Shown here one piece after another: positions 50,781 through 59,362 of a stretch of 64,000 bases of DNA (position 1 is its first letter; every line of letters begins with the position of its first letter). The stretch covers positions 288,001 to 352,000 of the forward strand of contig MTLY02000001.1 in NCBI GenBank assembly GCA_002011035.2. The letters are read 5' to 3'. Under the pieces are notes generated by a model. That model searched no databases, was not told the origin of the DNA, and saw only the letters and a program-made list of their open reading frames with translations. Both the position numbers and the translations under genes were made by a program. Source of the DNA: Candidatus Hecatella orcuttiae (GTDB lineage: Archaea > Thermoproteota > Bathyarchaeia > Hecatellales > Hecatellaceae).

Positions 50781-52370
50781 ATGGCAGGAGAAGAAATGAC
50801 TGTACAACAATTGGCTGAAATGCTACAGTATGCGCATGGTGTATGGGTGGAGTGGTTCTACTGGGTTACGGTCATCGTCATGTTCTTCATCCACATCGGC
50901 TTCGGCATGTACGAGGTAGGTGTTGCTAGGAGAAAGAACGTCGGCCACACGCTGATGAAGAACAACATGCTTTTCGCCCTCATCCTCTTCACCTTCTACC
51001 TCTTCGGGTGGTGGGTTTACGGCAGCTTCATGGGCCCCAACCCCATCAACGCCTTCATACCCAACTACGAGGGCAACCCCTATGTGGGAGGAGACTTCGG
51101 ACCTCTAAGCCCATTCATGACTGGCAATCTACAGGAGTTACCGCCGGGCTTCATGTTGGCTTTCTGGGCTGCCTTCCTCCTCTTCGCCCAAACCGAGGGC
51201 TCCATCATCTCCGGAGGCATGATCGAAAGATGCCGCATCAGCTCATGCGTCGTCCTCGCCGTGATTGTGGGTTCGTTCGTGTGGATATGGCTGGCCGCCC
51301 AAGGGTGGAGCAACGGCGGATGGATGCTGAAATGGTTTGGCATCCACGACGCCTACGCCAGCGGCATCATCCACACCATCGCCGGCTTCTTCCTCTTAGG
51401 CTGCCTCATCAACCTAGGCCCCAGAATAGGCAAATTCGACCCGCAGGGAAGACCGAGAGACATTCCCCTCCACAACCAGTGGATGACGGCTGTGGGGTTG
51501 TTCATCATTGTCACCGGTTTCTGGGGTTTCTACTTCGCCTGCAACGTCCCCCTGATAATAGCCTGGGACTTAACGCTGCCCTACTGGGGAACGGTCAACA
51601 TCTTCGGGAACCCCACCACGCTGTCGCTGGTCGGCACCAACTTCCTCATGTCTCTGGCAGGAGGGATGATGGGTGGATTCACCGTGGGCCGAGGCAATCC
51701 CTTCTGGACTTGGAGCGGAGTCTTAATGGGTATCATCGGCGCCTCGTCGGGGAACGACCTCTACCATCCCTTCCAAGCCTTCATCATAGGGTTCATCACG
51801 CCTTTCATCGGTTACAAGCTTCACTACTGGGTTGAGCGGAGGTTCAAGATCGACGACGCCGTGGGAGCCTGCGCGGTGCACGGATACTGCGGCTTCATAG
51901 GCCTAGGCATCTTCCCAGGCTTTCTGCTCTGGGGCTACCCGACCGGGGGGGCCTACTACTTTGGCTTTGACTACATCGCAGGGGTCACCACGCCTTGGGG
52001 TCAGTTTGCCTCCGCTCTCTGGGAGGCCGGATGGGCCTTTGCCATTGGCTTCGTCTGCAGCTGGGTTCTTAAAAAAGCAAAGCTTCTCAGAGTAGAACCT
52101 CTGGTAGAGTTGGTAGGCTTAGACATGTCTTCGCCGGCCTTTGGAGACATGTACCCATACTTCCCGCAGCTTCCAACCGATAAGCTTCCGGAAATCGACA
52201 GGGTGCAGTACACGGAGATCGCTAAATACCTCGGCAAGACACGTTCCAGTCGAGGACGGTTCGCAAGCAAGGACGCGGGTAGGAAGGACTACCTGCCGCC
52301 GGCATCGCCCAAGGAAATGCTGGAGGATGCCATAAGGCTTCAAAGAAAGCTGATGGGGGGAATTAAATGA
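50781..52370 (+). CDS. Amt/Mep-family transporter, probably for methylamines
   Basis: SIISGGMIERC, HDAYASGIIH, GPRIGKF, IDDAVGACAVHG; precedes mtbC-mtbB. Confidence 0.85.
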   Translation: MAGEEMTVQQLAEMLQYAHGVWVEWFYWVTVIVMFFIHIGFGMYEVGVARRKNVGHTLMKNNMLFALILFTFYLFGWWVYGSFMGPNPINAFIPNYEGNPYVGGDFGPLSPFMTGNLQELPPGFMLAFWAAFLLFAQTEGSIISGGMIERCRISSCVVLAVIVGSFVWIWLAAQGWSNGGWMLKWFGIHDAYASGIIHTIAGFFLLGCLINLGPRIGKFDPQGRPRDIPLHNQWMTAVGLFIIVTGFWGFYFACNVPLIIAWDLTLPYWGTVNIFGNPTTLSLVGTNFLMSLAGGMMGGFTVGRGNPFWTWSGVLMGIIGASSGNDLYHPFQAFIIGFITPFIGYKLHYWVERRFKIDDAVGACAVHGYCGFIGLGIFPGFLLWGYPTGGAYYFGFDYIAGVTTPWGQFASALWEAGWAFAIGFVCSWVLKKAKLLRVEPLVELVGLDMSSPAFGDMYPYFPQLPTDKLPEIDRVQYTEIAKYLGKTRSSRGRFASKDAGRKDYLPPASPKEMLEDAIRLQRKLMGGIK

Positions 52371-52675
52371 GCATCGTTTCAGCCCTTCTATTCGCTCAGC
52401 TGCTGGCCTTCGGTACGGGAGTCACCGACTGGGAGGGCGCCTACTGGGGCGGACCGATAGAGGTCATCAGTCCTCTGTGGGGGATAGGCACCGTCATCAG
52501 CGCCCTCGTCGCCGTGGCCATATGGGCCTTCTATCACATCCTTGACGCGGTTCGAGAGGACAGGACGGAGAAAGCCGCTGTGAGGGAGTGGCTGGAGAAA
52601 GGCCTCCCAGAACCCTATACCACCTACGTCCAAGAACTGACTGCCGCAGCGAAACCTGAAGAAGCCGAAAAATAA
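52367..52675 (+). CDS. Small membrane protein translationally coupled to Amt
   Basis: ATGA overlap with the amt stop; hydrophobic segments. Confidence 0.7.
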   Translation: MSIVSALLFAQLLAFGTGVTDWEGAYWGGPIEVISPLWGIGTVISALVAVAIWAFYHILDAVREDRTEKAAVREWLEKGLPEPYTTYVQELTAAAKPEEAEK

Positions 52676-52698
52676 GCCGACTGTAAACCCTAAAACTC

Positions 52699-52717
52699 TT
52701 TTTTTTTTAAAAAAAAA
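52699..52717 (+). terminator. T10/A9 tract terminator
   Basis: Oligo-T followed by oligo-A just after the amt operon. Confidence 0.55.
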
Positions 52718-52795
52718 TCAGAAAATTCTACCGGTAAACCTTTTATATTCAAAAAAGGAGAGAATACCCTCGGAGAAAAAGAGGAGGGATAGATA

Positions 52796-53440
52796 ATGTC
52801 TTCTGAAGAAGCCTTGAAAAAGCTCTACGACGCCATCTTCGCCCAAGATGTGGAAGCCGCCTCCAAAGCCGCCAACGACTGTGTGGCCGCAGGCCTCGAC
52901 CCTCTGAAGGCCTTGGAAGCCGCCTCCAAAGCCATGACAGACCTAGGAAACCTCTTCGAGAGAGGCGAAGTCTTCCTCCCCCAAGTCGTCGTGGCAGCCG
53001 ACGCCATGAAAGCCGCTGCCCAAGTTCTTCTCTCCAAGCTGCCCACCAAACCGTCTAAAGCAGGCAGAGTCCTCATAGGCACGGTGGAGGGCGATGTCCA
53101 CGATGTCGGCAAGGGAATAGTCTCTGTTCTCCTCGACGCCGCCGGCTTCGAAGTCATCGACATAGGTCGGGATGTCCCCACCAAGGTCTTCGTCGAGAAA
53201 GTCAAAGAGCTCAAACCCAACATCGTAGGCTGCTCAGCCCTCATGACCGTCACCCGCGTAGGGCAGAAAGCCGTCATCGACGCCCTAGCGAAGGAAGGCA
53301 TAAGAGACCAGGTGAAGGTCATGGTAGGCGGAGGAGCTACCACAGGCGTTTGGGCTGAGGAAATAGGCGCCGACGCATGGGGTGAAGACGGACCGGACAG
53401 CGTGAGGAAAGCCAAAAAATTACTCGGCATAACCGAGTAG
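52796..53440 (+). CDS. mtbC: Dimethylamine corrinoid protein
   Basis: DVHDVG cobalamin motif, SALMT, MVGG; directly upstream of mtbB. Confidence 0.88.
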   Translation: MSSEEALKKLYDAIFAQDVEAASKAANDCVAAGLDPLKALEAASKAMTDLGNLFERGEVFLPQVVVAADAMKAAAQVLLSKLPTKPSKAGRVLIGTVEGDVHDVGKGIVSVLLDAAGFEVIDIGRDVPTKVFVEKVKELKPNIVGCSALMTVTRVGQKAVIDALAKEGIRDQVKVMVGGGATTGVWAEEIGADAWGEDGPDSVRKAKKLLGITE

Positions 53441-53457
53441 GAAGGTGAAAAAGAAAA

Positions 53458-54855
53458 ATGGACTACCTAACCAGAATGGGAGACGGCCGACCGGTAAGAA
53501 TGAGCAAAGAGCAGATAAAAGCCGACATCGAAGCCGGAACCAAGGACGCGGCGGAAAAAGCCCACGTCCCCGAGCTTTCAGGAGCCGAACAAGAGCATCT
53601 GCTGGAGATCATCACCGACCCCAACCGGCTGGTAGCCGTGGAGCCGGGGAGAGAAGTCGTCCTCACCCACGACGTAGGGCCTTTGAAGGTGATGGCCGAC
53701 CAGTCCAACAGCGGAGTGAGCATCCCATGCTCCCGGGAGCAAGCCATGTGCATCTACGAGAAAGCCTTCAGCGCCGACACCGCCGAGCTGGGGCACATCG
53801 ACTACAGCTTCAAACCCGTTAAACCCATCATCACCCAGGAGCAATCGGTCCTGCAGAACGTCCTGCACATGACCATCCTCCCCATCTTCTACGGAGCCAT
53901 GCCTAACCTAGGCCTATACTACGCCCCAGACGGACCCTTCCCCGAACCCATCGGGCTCATCAAGGACCGCAAGATAGGGGAAGCAAAAGAATCCATGGAA
54001 AACGCCGCCCACAGGTTTGTGGAAGACCTAGAATACATCACCGTGAGACTCTACGAGGTAGGCTTGGACGCCTTGAACATCGACACCACCGGCGCCGGAG
54101 GCGACGCAGACTTCTACGCCTCCCTTACCGCCACGGAAAAGATAAAGAAGGAATGCCCCTACCTCTGCGTGGAAATGGGCATGGCGGGAGAATTCATCCT
54201 AGGATTCCACACCGAGCTGAAATATCAAGGCGTCAAACTGGCGGGACTCTGGCCTCACCAGCAAGCCAGCCTCGCTGAAAAGGCAGGAGTGGACATCTTC
54301 GGCCCGGTGGTCAACACCAAGCCTTCTCTGTCCTTCCCCCTCAACATCGCCAGAGCAGTCACCTTGGTCAAGCACTGCGTCAAAGAATCCAAAATCCCCA
54401 TCCACGTCAACATGGGCATGGGCGTTGGGGGAATCCCCATGTACGAAACTCCGCCGGTGGACGCTGTGACCCGGGCCAGCAAGGCAATGGTTGAAATCGC
54501 CGAGGTAGACGGCTTATAGGTGGGAGTGGGCGATCCCTTTGGGATGCCCATAGCTCACTGCGCCGCCAGCGGCATGGGAGGCATCAGGACGGCGGGAGAC
54601 ATGGTGGCTAGGATGCAGATGCTGAGATATAGGTTGAAGGACGCGAAGGACTACGTGGCCAAGAAGCTGGAAACCGACACCATGGCTCTGCGGGACGAAT
54701 TTGAGATGAGAAGGCTGAGGGAGAGGCTCAACATCGGCACTATCACAGGCGTCCCAGGGGTCGCCAGGGGCCTCGAAGCCAAAGCCCGAATCGCCGAGAT
54801 CCTCGGCATCCGCATCAACGCTGTCGAACGCCTTAAGGAACTGGTGAAACTCTAA
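53458..54855 (+). CDS. mtbB: Dimethylamine methyltransferase MtbB, Pyl at codon 354 (TAG 54517-54519)
   Basis: TRMGDG N-terminus; VDGL-O-VGVGDP matches the MtbB Pyl motif; ORF continues in frame for 111 aa. Confidence 0.95.
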
Positions 54856-54863
54856 AGAGCCAA

Positions 54864-54936
54864 GCCCAGAGCCACCGCCCACCGACCCACGCGTGAAGCG
54901 AGGGGGATGAGGGAACGGCTAAGCCTCTGGGCCACA
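54864..54936 (+). ncRNA. Box H/ACA-like guide RNA complementary to the mtbB UAG context
   Basis: GCCCAGA/UCUGGGC stem, pocket CCACC + UAAGCC, CCGA/GAUGAGG K-turn, ACA at 54934-54936. Confidence 0.82.
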
Positions 54937-55198
54937 AACCCCATCTTCCTTTTTTTGAGCCGGAAGTATTGTGAAGGCTGATCTTAGAAAAAGTTAAATT
55001 CAGTGCACCGCTAGCCTTTTTAGAGGTAAAAATTGAAAAAGGACGGCAGCCGCCGAGCCTGCGTATTTCAGGTGGAAGCCAAGGAAACGGCACCTGATGT
55101 AACGGTGTCTCATCTGGGAGGCAGCCTTGGAAAAACCATGCCAAATATGTTATATTTGACATAGCCTTTTTTGGGGAAGCCTTCTTTTAGGTGATTTA

Positions 55199-55429
55199 AT
55201 GGAGGAAGCTCACGAAGTATTGGACGTTCGAAAAAAAGCCTGCCCCATGCCCGTTTTGTTGACGAAGAGAAAACTTGCGGAGTTGGAGGTGGGGAAAATT
55301 CTCAAGGTCATCGGAGACTATCCGTCGGCTAAAGAAAATATTCAAAGATTCGTCCTCAGAGAGGGACATGAGATCCTAAACATCAAAGAGAACCGAGCTA
55401 AGTTTGAAATCGTCATAAAAAAAGCTTAA
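55199..55429 (+). CDS. tusA: TusA/SirA-family sulfur carrier
   Basis: LDVRKKACPMP motif. Confidence 0.82.
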   Translation: MEEAHEVLDVRKKACPMPVLLTKRKLAELEVGKILKVIGDYPSAKENIQRFVLREGHEILNIKENRAKFEIVIKKA

Positions 55430-55496
55430 ATCACATATTTCCCATATTCTATTTAGAGGCAGGCTAAACCCTTAGCCACCTTTTAGGAGGAATTTT

Positions 55497-55841
55497 TTGA
55501 AAAAAATTGAAGCCTACATTAGGGCTGAAAGATTGAAGGAAACTATACAGAAATTGAAGGAAATAGGCGCACCCGGGTTCACCTACTATGATGTGAGAGG
55601 CCATGGCAGAGAATACAAGTCTGGGTTCACCCCCACGCCCTTCACGCCGCCCATCGTAGAAGATATTCTTCCTAGGTCGAAGATTGAAGTCTTCTGCGAG
55701 GATGGAGATGTAGAAAAGATCGTCGACGCCATCCGAGGAGGATGCTGCACGGCAAAGCCAGGGGATGGCATGGTTTTCATAAGCACCATCGACGAAGCCC
55801 AACGCTTAAAAACCAAAGAAAAAGTGCAAAAACTCGAATAG
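55497..55841 (+). CDS. PII-family signal transducer
   Basis: MKKIEAYIR, GHGR, KIEV, PGDGMVFIS. Confidence 0.9.
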   Translation: MKKIEAYIRAERLKETIQKLKEIGAPGFTYYDVRGHGREYKSGFTPTPFTPPIVEDILPRSKIEVFCEDGDVEKIVDAIRGGCCTAKPGDGMVFISTIDEAQRLKTKEKVQKLE

Positions 55842-56026
55842 CCGAAAACTGAAACAAACACCTCCTCCTTTTTATGGAGAAGGCGCTGTTTTTGGTGGAA
55901 ATTTTGTGAGAGTAGAAACAGCCTCTCTCAAAATCTACGCTGGGAGAGGGGCAAAGTTTTAAAGAATATACCGGTAAACCATAGAATACACGGGGACGGA
56001 ATCATCTCAGCGTTGTTGATGCCAGA

Positions 56027-56242
56027 ATGGATGTTGAAATCGAGGAACACAGACATTGTAGCGTTTGCGGCAGCGTGGTGCGGGGAAAGGGAAGAGCTAG
56101 GTCTGGCGTGGTGCTTTGCGGGCCCAGATGCGCTAAGATGTACGAGGATGAGATGGCGAAAGCTCGAAGGCTGAAGGTGATGTGGTTTTTCCCCATCATA
56201 TTTTTCCTCATAATCTTCATAATACTAGTTTTGAGAGGCTGA
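56027..56242 (+). CDS. DUF2116-like Zn-ribbon membrane protein
   Basis: EEHRHCSVCG...LCGPRC plus C-terminal TM. Confidence 0.75.
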   Translation: MDVEIEEHRHCSVCGSVVRGKGRARSGVVLCGPRCAKMYEDEMAKARRLKVMWFFPIIFFLIIFIILVLRG

Positions 56243-56354
56243 AAAACCCATAGCATATGGCCACATGTGGCTCTTGTTTTCAGGCTGATCTTCCCCGACG
56301 CGAATAACCGCGTCCAGCCAGCTCCATCAAACCGAGGAATGGCTCGCCGAAGCT

Positions 56355-56466
56355 GTCTTCAAAGGCAACTACTCTTTGAAGACTTTTACAGATACCTGCC
56401 TTAAGGCATGAAACAAAAATTTTAGACTTCAATTTGGGTTGTTTTTTTTAAAAAAAAAAAAAAAAA
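56355..56466. terminator. Hairpin plus T8/A17 tract between convergent genes
   Basis: GTCTTCAAAG/CTTTGAAGAC 10-bp stem followed by TTTT; T/A tract at 56442-56466. Confidence 0.55.
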
Positions 56467-56481
56467 GTTGTGGGAGGGTTT

Positions 56482-57903
56482 TCACTCGACCACACGTAGT
56501 CTTTTCACTTCTTGCGGGTATATCAGATGCATGAGGAGCCAGTACAAGGCGATGGCATAGCCGAACACTAGGAGAAGCCCTGAAACCCATGGGAAGCCGA
56601 CGCCGAAGTAGCCTACGTAGCCTGTCAGAGGGTTGTAGACTCCCAGGTAGATTATGACACTGGAGAGATAGGTGATCCAAGCTGCCAGGTTGAAGCCTTT
56701 GTGGTATCGGAATATCTTCCCCATCATGTACATGTCTCTTATCTCGTCCACCGTCCAGTAGCCTTTCTTCTTCCTGAAGGCGAAGAAGTCGGTGAAGATT
56801 ATAGCCCCGTACACCGTCCACAGACAGCCGATGAGCGTCAGGAAGACAGCGTAGTTGTTGAACACCACTTCCTGAAACAGCACTACGGCCGGTACTGCCG
56901 CTATCGTGACGCTGGCATGCACCCACCTTATCCTAGGTATGGCCACCTTGATGGGTATAGCCGCCGTGTAGATAAGCAGCACAATCGACCCTATGTTGGC
57001 AATGGCGAAGAGGAAGAGCCCTATACCGCCGAAAGTTGCTCCACCGATAGCCATGAACCAGTCGGTTGGATCGAAGGTTCCAACGATCAAAGCCGTGAGA
57101 ATGGAGAAGACCACAGCAATGCACAGGACAGGCCCCCAGCCCCACCATGGACCGTGAAGGGCCGCTGACTCGGTCTTTGCCAGACGGGACCATTGCCCCC
57201 AATAGTAGCACCAAGCAAAACCTAAGCCTAGGTTCCACTCAAAGGCATTCATCCAAGATAGATGACGAGTCTCGTATGCTGCTACCGGTTGACGGGCGAA
57301 AACAGCGCCAATTCCTTCCACGGCGAAGATGTAGTAGATCAGGCCGCCTAGCACTATCAGCATCAATGGGGACGTAACCCTCGTAAACCACTTGCATGCA
57401 ATGGGACCCTTCCAAGCTACGTAGGAGGCAATGGCCGTTGCTATAACTGCCCAGAGGGTGGCGCCCGGCCATACGGTTGCGAGAACGGAGGGCACCTGAG
57501 GCCAGATCAGCGGGGTTAATTTTATCGCAGACATGCCGAAGAGAAACGCTGAATACGCTATCCACCCGTAGTTGATAGGTATCCATATGGCCAGCTGAAG
57601 GTTGCCTCCTCTGTTTCCAAAGGCAGCTCTCGTCAATAGGAACTGGTCGGCTCCATATCTGCCAAATATCACAGCATAAAAGGCGGATGCGAAGAGGCCT
57701 AATCCCTCACCGGCTATGGCGGCTGTTATGGCTTCAGTGGCAGGCAGTACTATTCCAGTCAAGCCGCCTACTAGGAAAGCCCAAGAGGCTATACCGTAGG
57801 CCATCTGCAGCCAGACATAGTCCACGAAACCGTAGACCCGGTCTTCCGCCAGCACCGGCAAAGCGCCGAACAGTACTTCCTTTTCAATCGCTTCTTTGGC
57901 CAT
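56482..57903 (-). CDS. NCS1 (cytosine/purine permease-like) transporter
   Basis: ~12 TM; RAAFG and WSRLAK motifs. Confidence 0.8.
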   Translation of the reverse strand: MAKEAIEKEVLFGALPVLAEDRVYGFVDYVWLQMAYGIASWAFLVGGLTGIVLPATEAITAAIAGEGLGLFASAFYAVIFGRYGADQFLLTRAAFGNRGGNLQLAIWIPINYGWIAYSAFLFGMSAIKLTPLIWPQVPSVLATVWPGATLWAVIATAIASYVAWKGPIACKWFTRVTSPLMLIVLGGLIYYIFAVEGIGAVFARQPVAAYETRHLSWMNAFEWNLGLGFAWCYYWGQWSRLAKTESAALHGPWWGWGPVLCIAVVFSILTALIVGTFDPTDWFMAIGGATFGGIGLFLFAIANIGSIVLLIYTAAIPIKVAIPRIRWVHASVTIAAVPAVVLFQEVVFNNYAVFLTLIGCLWTVYGAIIFTDFFAFRKKKGYWTVDEIRDMYMMGKIFRYHKGFNLAAWITYLSSVIIYLGVYNPLTGYVGYFGVGFPWVSGLLLVFGYAIALYWLLMHLIYPQEVKRLRVVE

Positions 57904-57906
57904 TTT

Positions 57907-58218
57907 TTATCGCCCCTTCCTCACCCGGTCAATTCCTATGAGTACCACTAGGATCAGTAGAGACCCGTAGAAGGACATGTGCGCCCAGAGGGGTATAGGG
58001 TTCACATAACCCAGCACTGCGAAAACAATAGCCCACAGCATGGCGAACGCCAAGGCCGCATAAGACCACATGGGGCATTTGGTAACCAAGGAGCCTTCGG
58101 TTCGAAGTTTTTCATCTAGGATCTTCAGTCTCCTCTCAAGCTCAGCGTGGAAGGCAGGGTAGAATGTTTCCGCGTCCATTCCAAACCAGAAACCTGCTCC
58201 TTTTTTCTTCTCACTCAC
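57907..58218 (-). CDS. Small 2-TM protein coupled to the NCS1 permease
   Basis: 3-nt gap to the permease start; two hydrophobic helices. Confidence 0.65.
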   Translation of the reverse strand: MSEKKKGAGFWFGMDAETFYPAFHAELERRLKILDEKLRTEGSLVTKCPMWSYAALAFAMLWAIVFAVLGYVNPIPLWAHMSFYGSLLILVVLIGIDRVRKGR

Positions 58219-58377
58219 AGTTCTTCACCGGTTTATCTTTTGGAGAATTTTCAGCTACATTCAAGTTAGTATTAACTATTCTTTTAGTATTTAAATTTTT
58301 GCGGCGATCAGCTTATAAAAAACAATTAATAATTTATTTAACAAAAAATAGATTTTTCGTAAGCCTGTTAAAATCAT

Positions 58378-58596
58378 TTAACCGAAAAGAAGCGCCAAAA
58401 TTGCCAGAGGAACGAGCACGATGAACGTGGAGAGGTACCAGAGAAGTTTTATTCTCTTAACTTTTTTAACCCGCTTATCATATGTTTTTGAACACTGCTC
58501 ACTGCATACGTAGGCTTTCCCAGGTTTGCCCTTGTCCTTGTGAGATATGACTGCTCCGCAAACCGCGCAGTGCTTGTGCTCCTCAAGGCCTTCCAC
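58378..58596 (-). CDS. DUF2116-like Zn-ribbon membrane protein (paralog of 56027-56242)
   Basis: EEHKHCAVCG...VCSEQC plus C-terminal TM; start GTG 58596 or ATG 58614. Confidence 0.72.
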   Translation of the reverse strand: MEGLEEHKHCAVCGAVISHKDKGKPGKAYVCSEQCSKTYDKRVKKVKRIKLLWYLSTFIVLVPLAILALLFG

Positions 58597-58734
58597 GCTC
58601 AAAACTCCCACCATGAGAGGGGTTATCGAAAAGAAACTAGGGCTCAACCATGTTATTAAATTATTTGAAGACGGTTGTCTGACCTTTAACCAAAGCTTAT
58701 TTTTCAGGAGATGGTTATTTTTGAAAGATAAACA

Positions 58735-59322
58735 GTGCTCAAAATACTTGAAACCTCTCCGGGCGAGAAAAGGGAATCCTTCAAAAATCTCATAATCAAA
58801 CTTTTGAAGAAAACAGGGATAACCATCCACCAAGAAAAAATCCAAACCAAACCCCCTATAATCGATATGACCGGGCGGAAGTTCATAGGCGGAGATAAAA
58901 CCGTTGTGAGAATCGACTTCAGCAGGGAAGCCGTCTCCAAGCAGCTTAAAAATTTTTCCTCCTACATCAAATCCATGAAACTCAACCAGGGCGTATACAT
59001 TCCTTTTTATAAAAAAATCTGCAAGCCGAGTTTTCTGGTTCCCCCTAACGTCTACATGATCGACGGCGAAAGGCTGAGGCAGCTTATGGACAGGTTTCTG
59101 ATAAAAATCTCCTCCCGCGAAGCTGAACGCATGGTTCAAAACCTAAGTCGTGGAAAACAGCCTACTAGAAAACCGAAACTGGTATGCTGCAGAGGGCAGC
59201 TTAACTGGCTGGTCATGGCTGTGAAAAACAGGAGAAATAAGCGAATGTACTTAGTGGACGTGGAAACTGGAAACATCACTGTTAAGCCAGCCTCACCTAA
59301 AAAAAGAGATAGACTTGTATAA
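58735..59322 (+). CDS. Degenerate Mrr-like restriction-endonuclease fold plus PepSY-like tail
   Basis: FKNLIIKLLKKTG...IIDMTG...MIDGERLRQLM; WLV...VDVETGNI. Confidence 0.5.
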   Translation: MLKILETSPGEKRESFKNLIIKLLKKTGITIHQEKIQTKPPIIDMTGRKFIGGDKTVVRIDFSREAVSKQLKNFSSYIKSMKLNQGVYIPFYKKICKPSFLVPPNVYMIDGERLRQLMDRFLIKISSREAERMVQNLSRGKQPTRKPKLVCCRGQLNWLVMAVKNRRNKRMYLVDVETGNITVKPASPKKRDRLV

Positions 59323-59362
59323 AAAAATAGAGGGGAAATTTAGGCTGATTTAATCAGCCAAG

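Noticed and set aside
51008-51835. 275-aa Arg/His-rich alternative-frame ORF in amt
   Set aside because: Frame-shifted shadow produced by C-ending codon bias.
53438-53460. MtbC-MtbB fusion by TAG readthrough
   Set aside because: The mtbB ATG is out of frame (17-nt gap) and readthrough meets TAA after 9 codons.
54520-54855. Separate 111-aa ORF
   Set aside because: It is the C-terminus of MtbB after the Pyl codon.
58597-59139. N-terminal part of the 253-aa minus-strand ORF
   Set aside because: Antisense shadow of 58735-59322; only the last ~72 aa look like a real protein.
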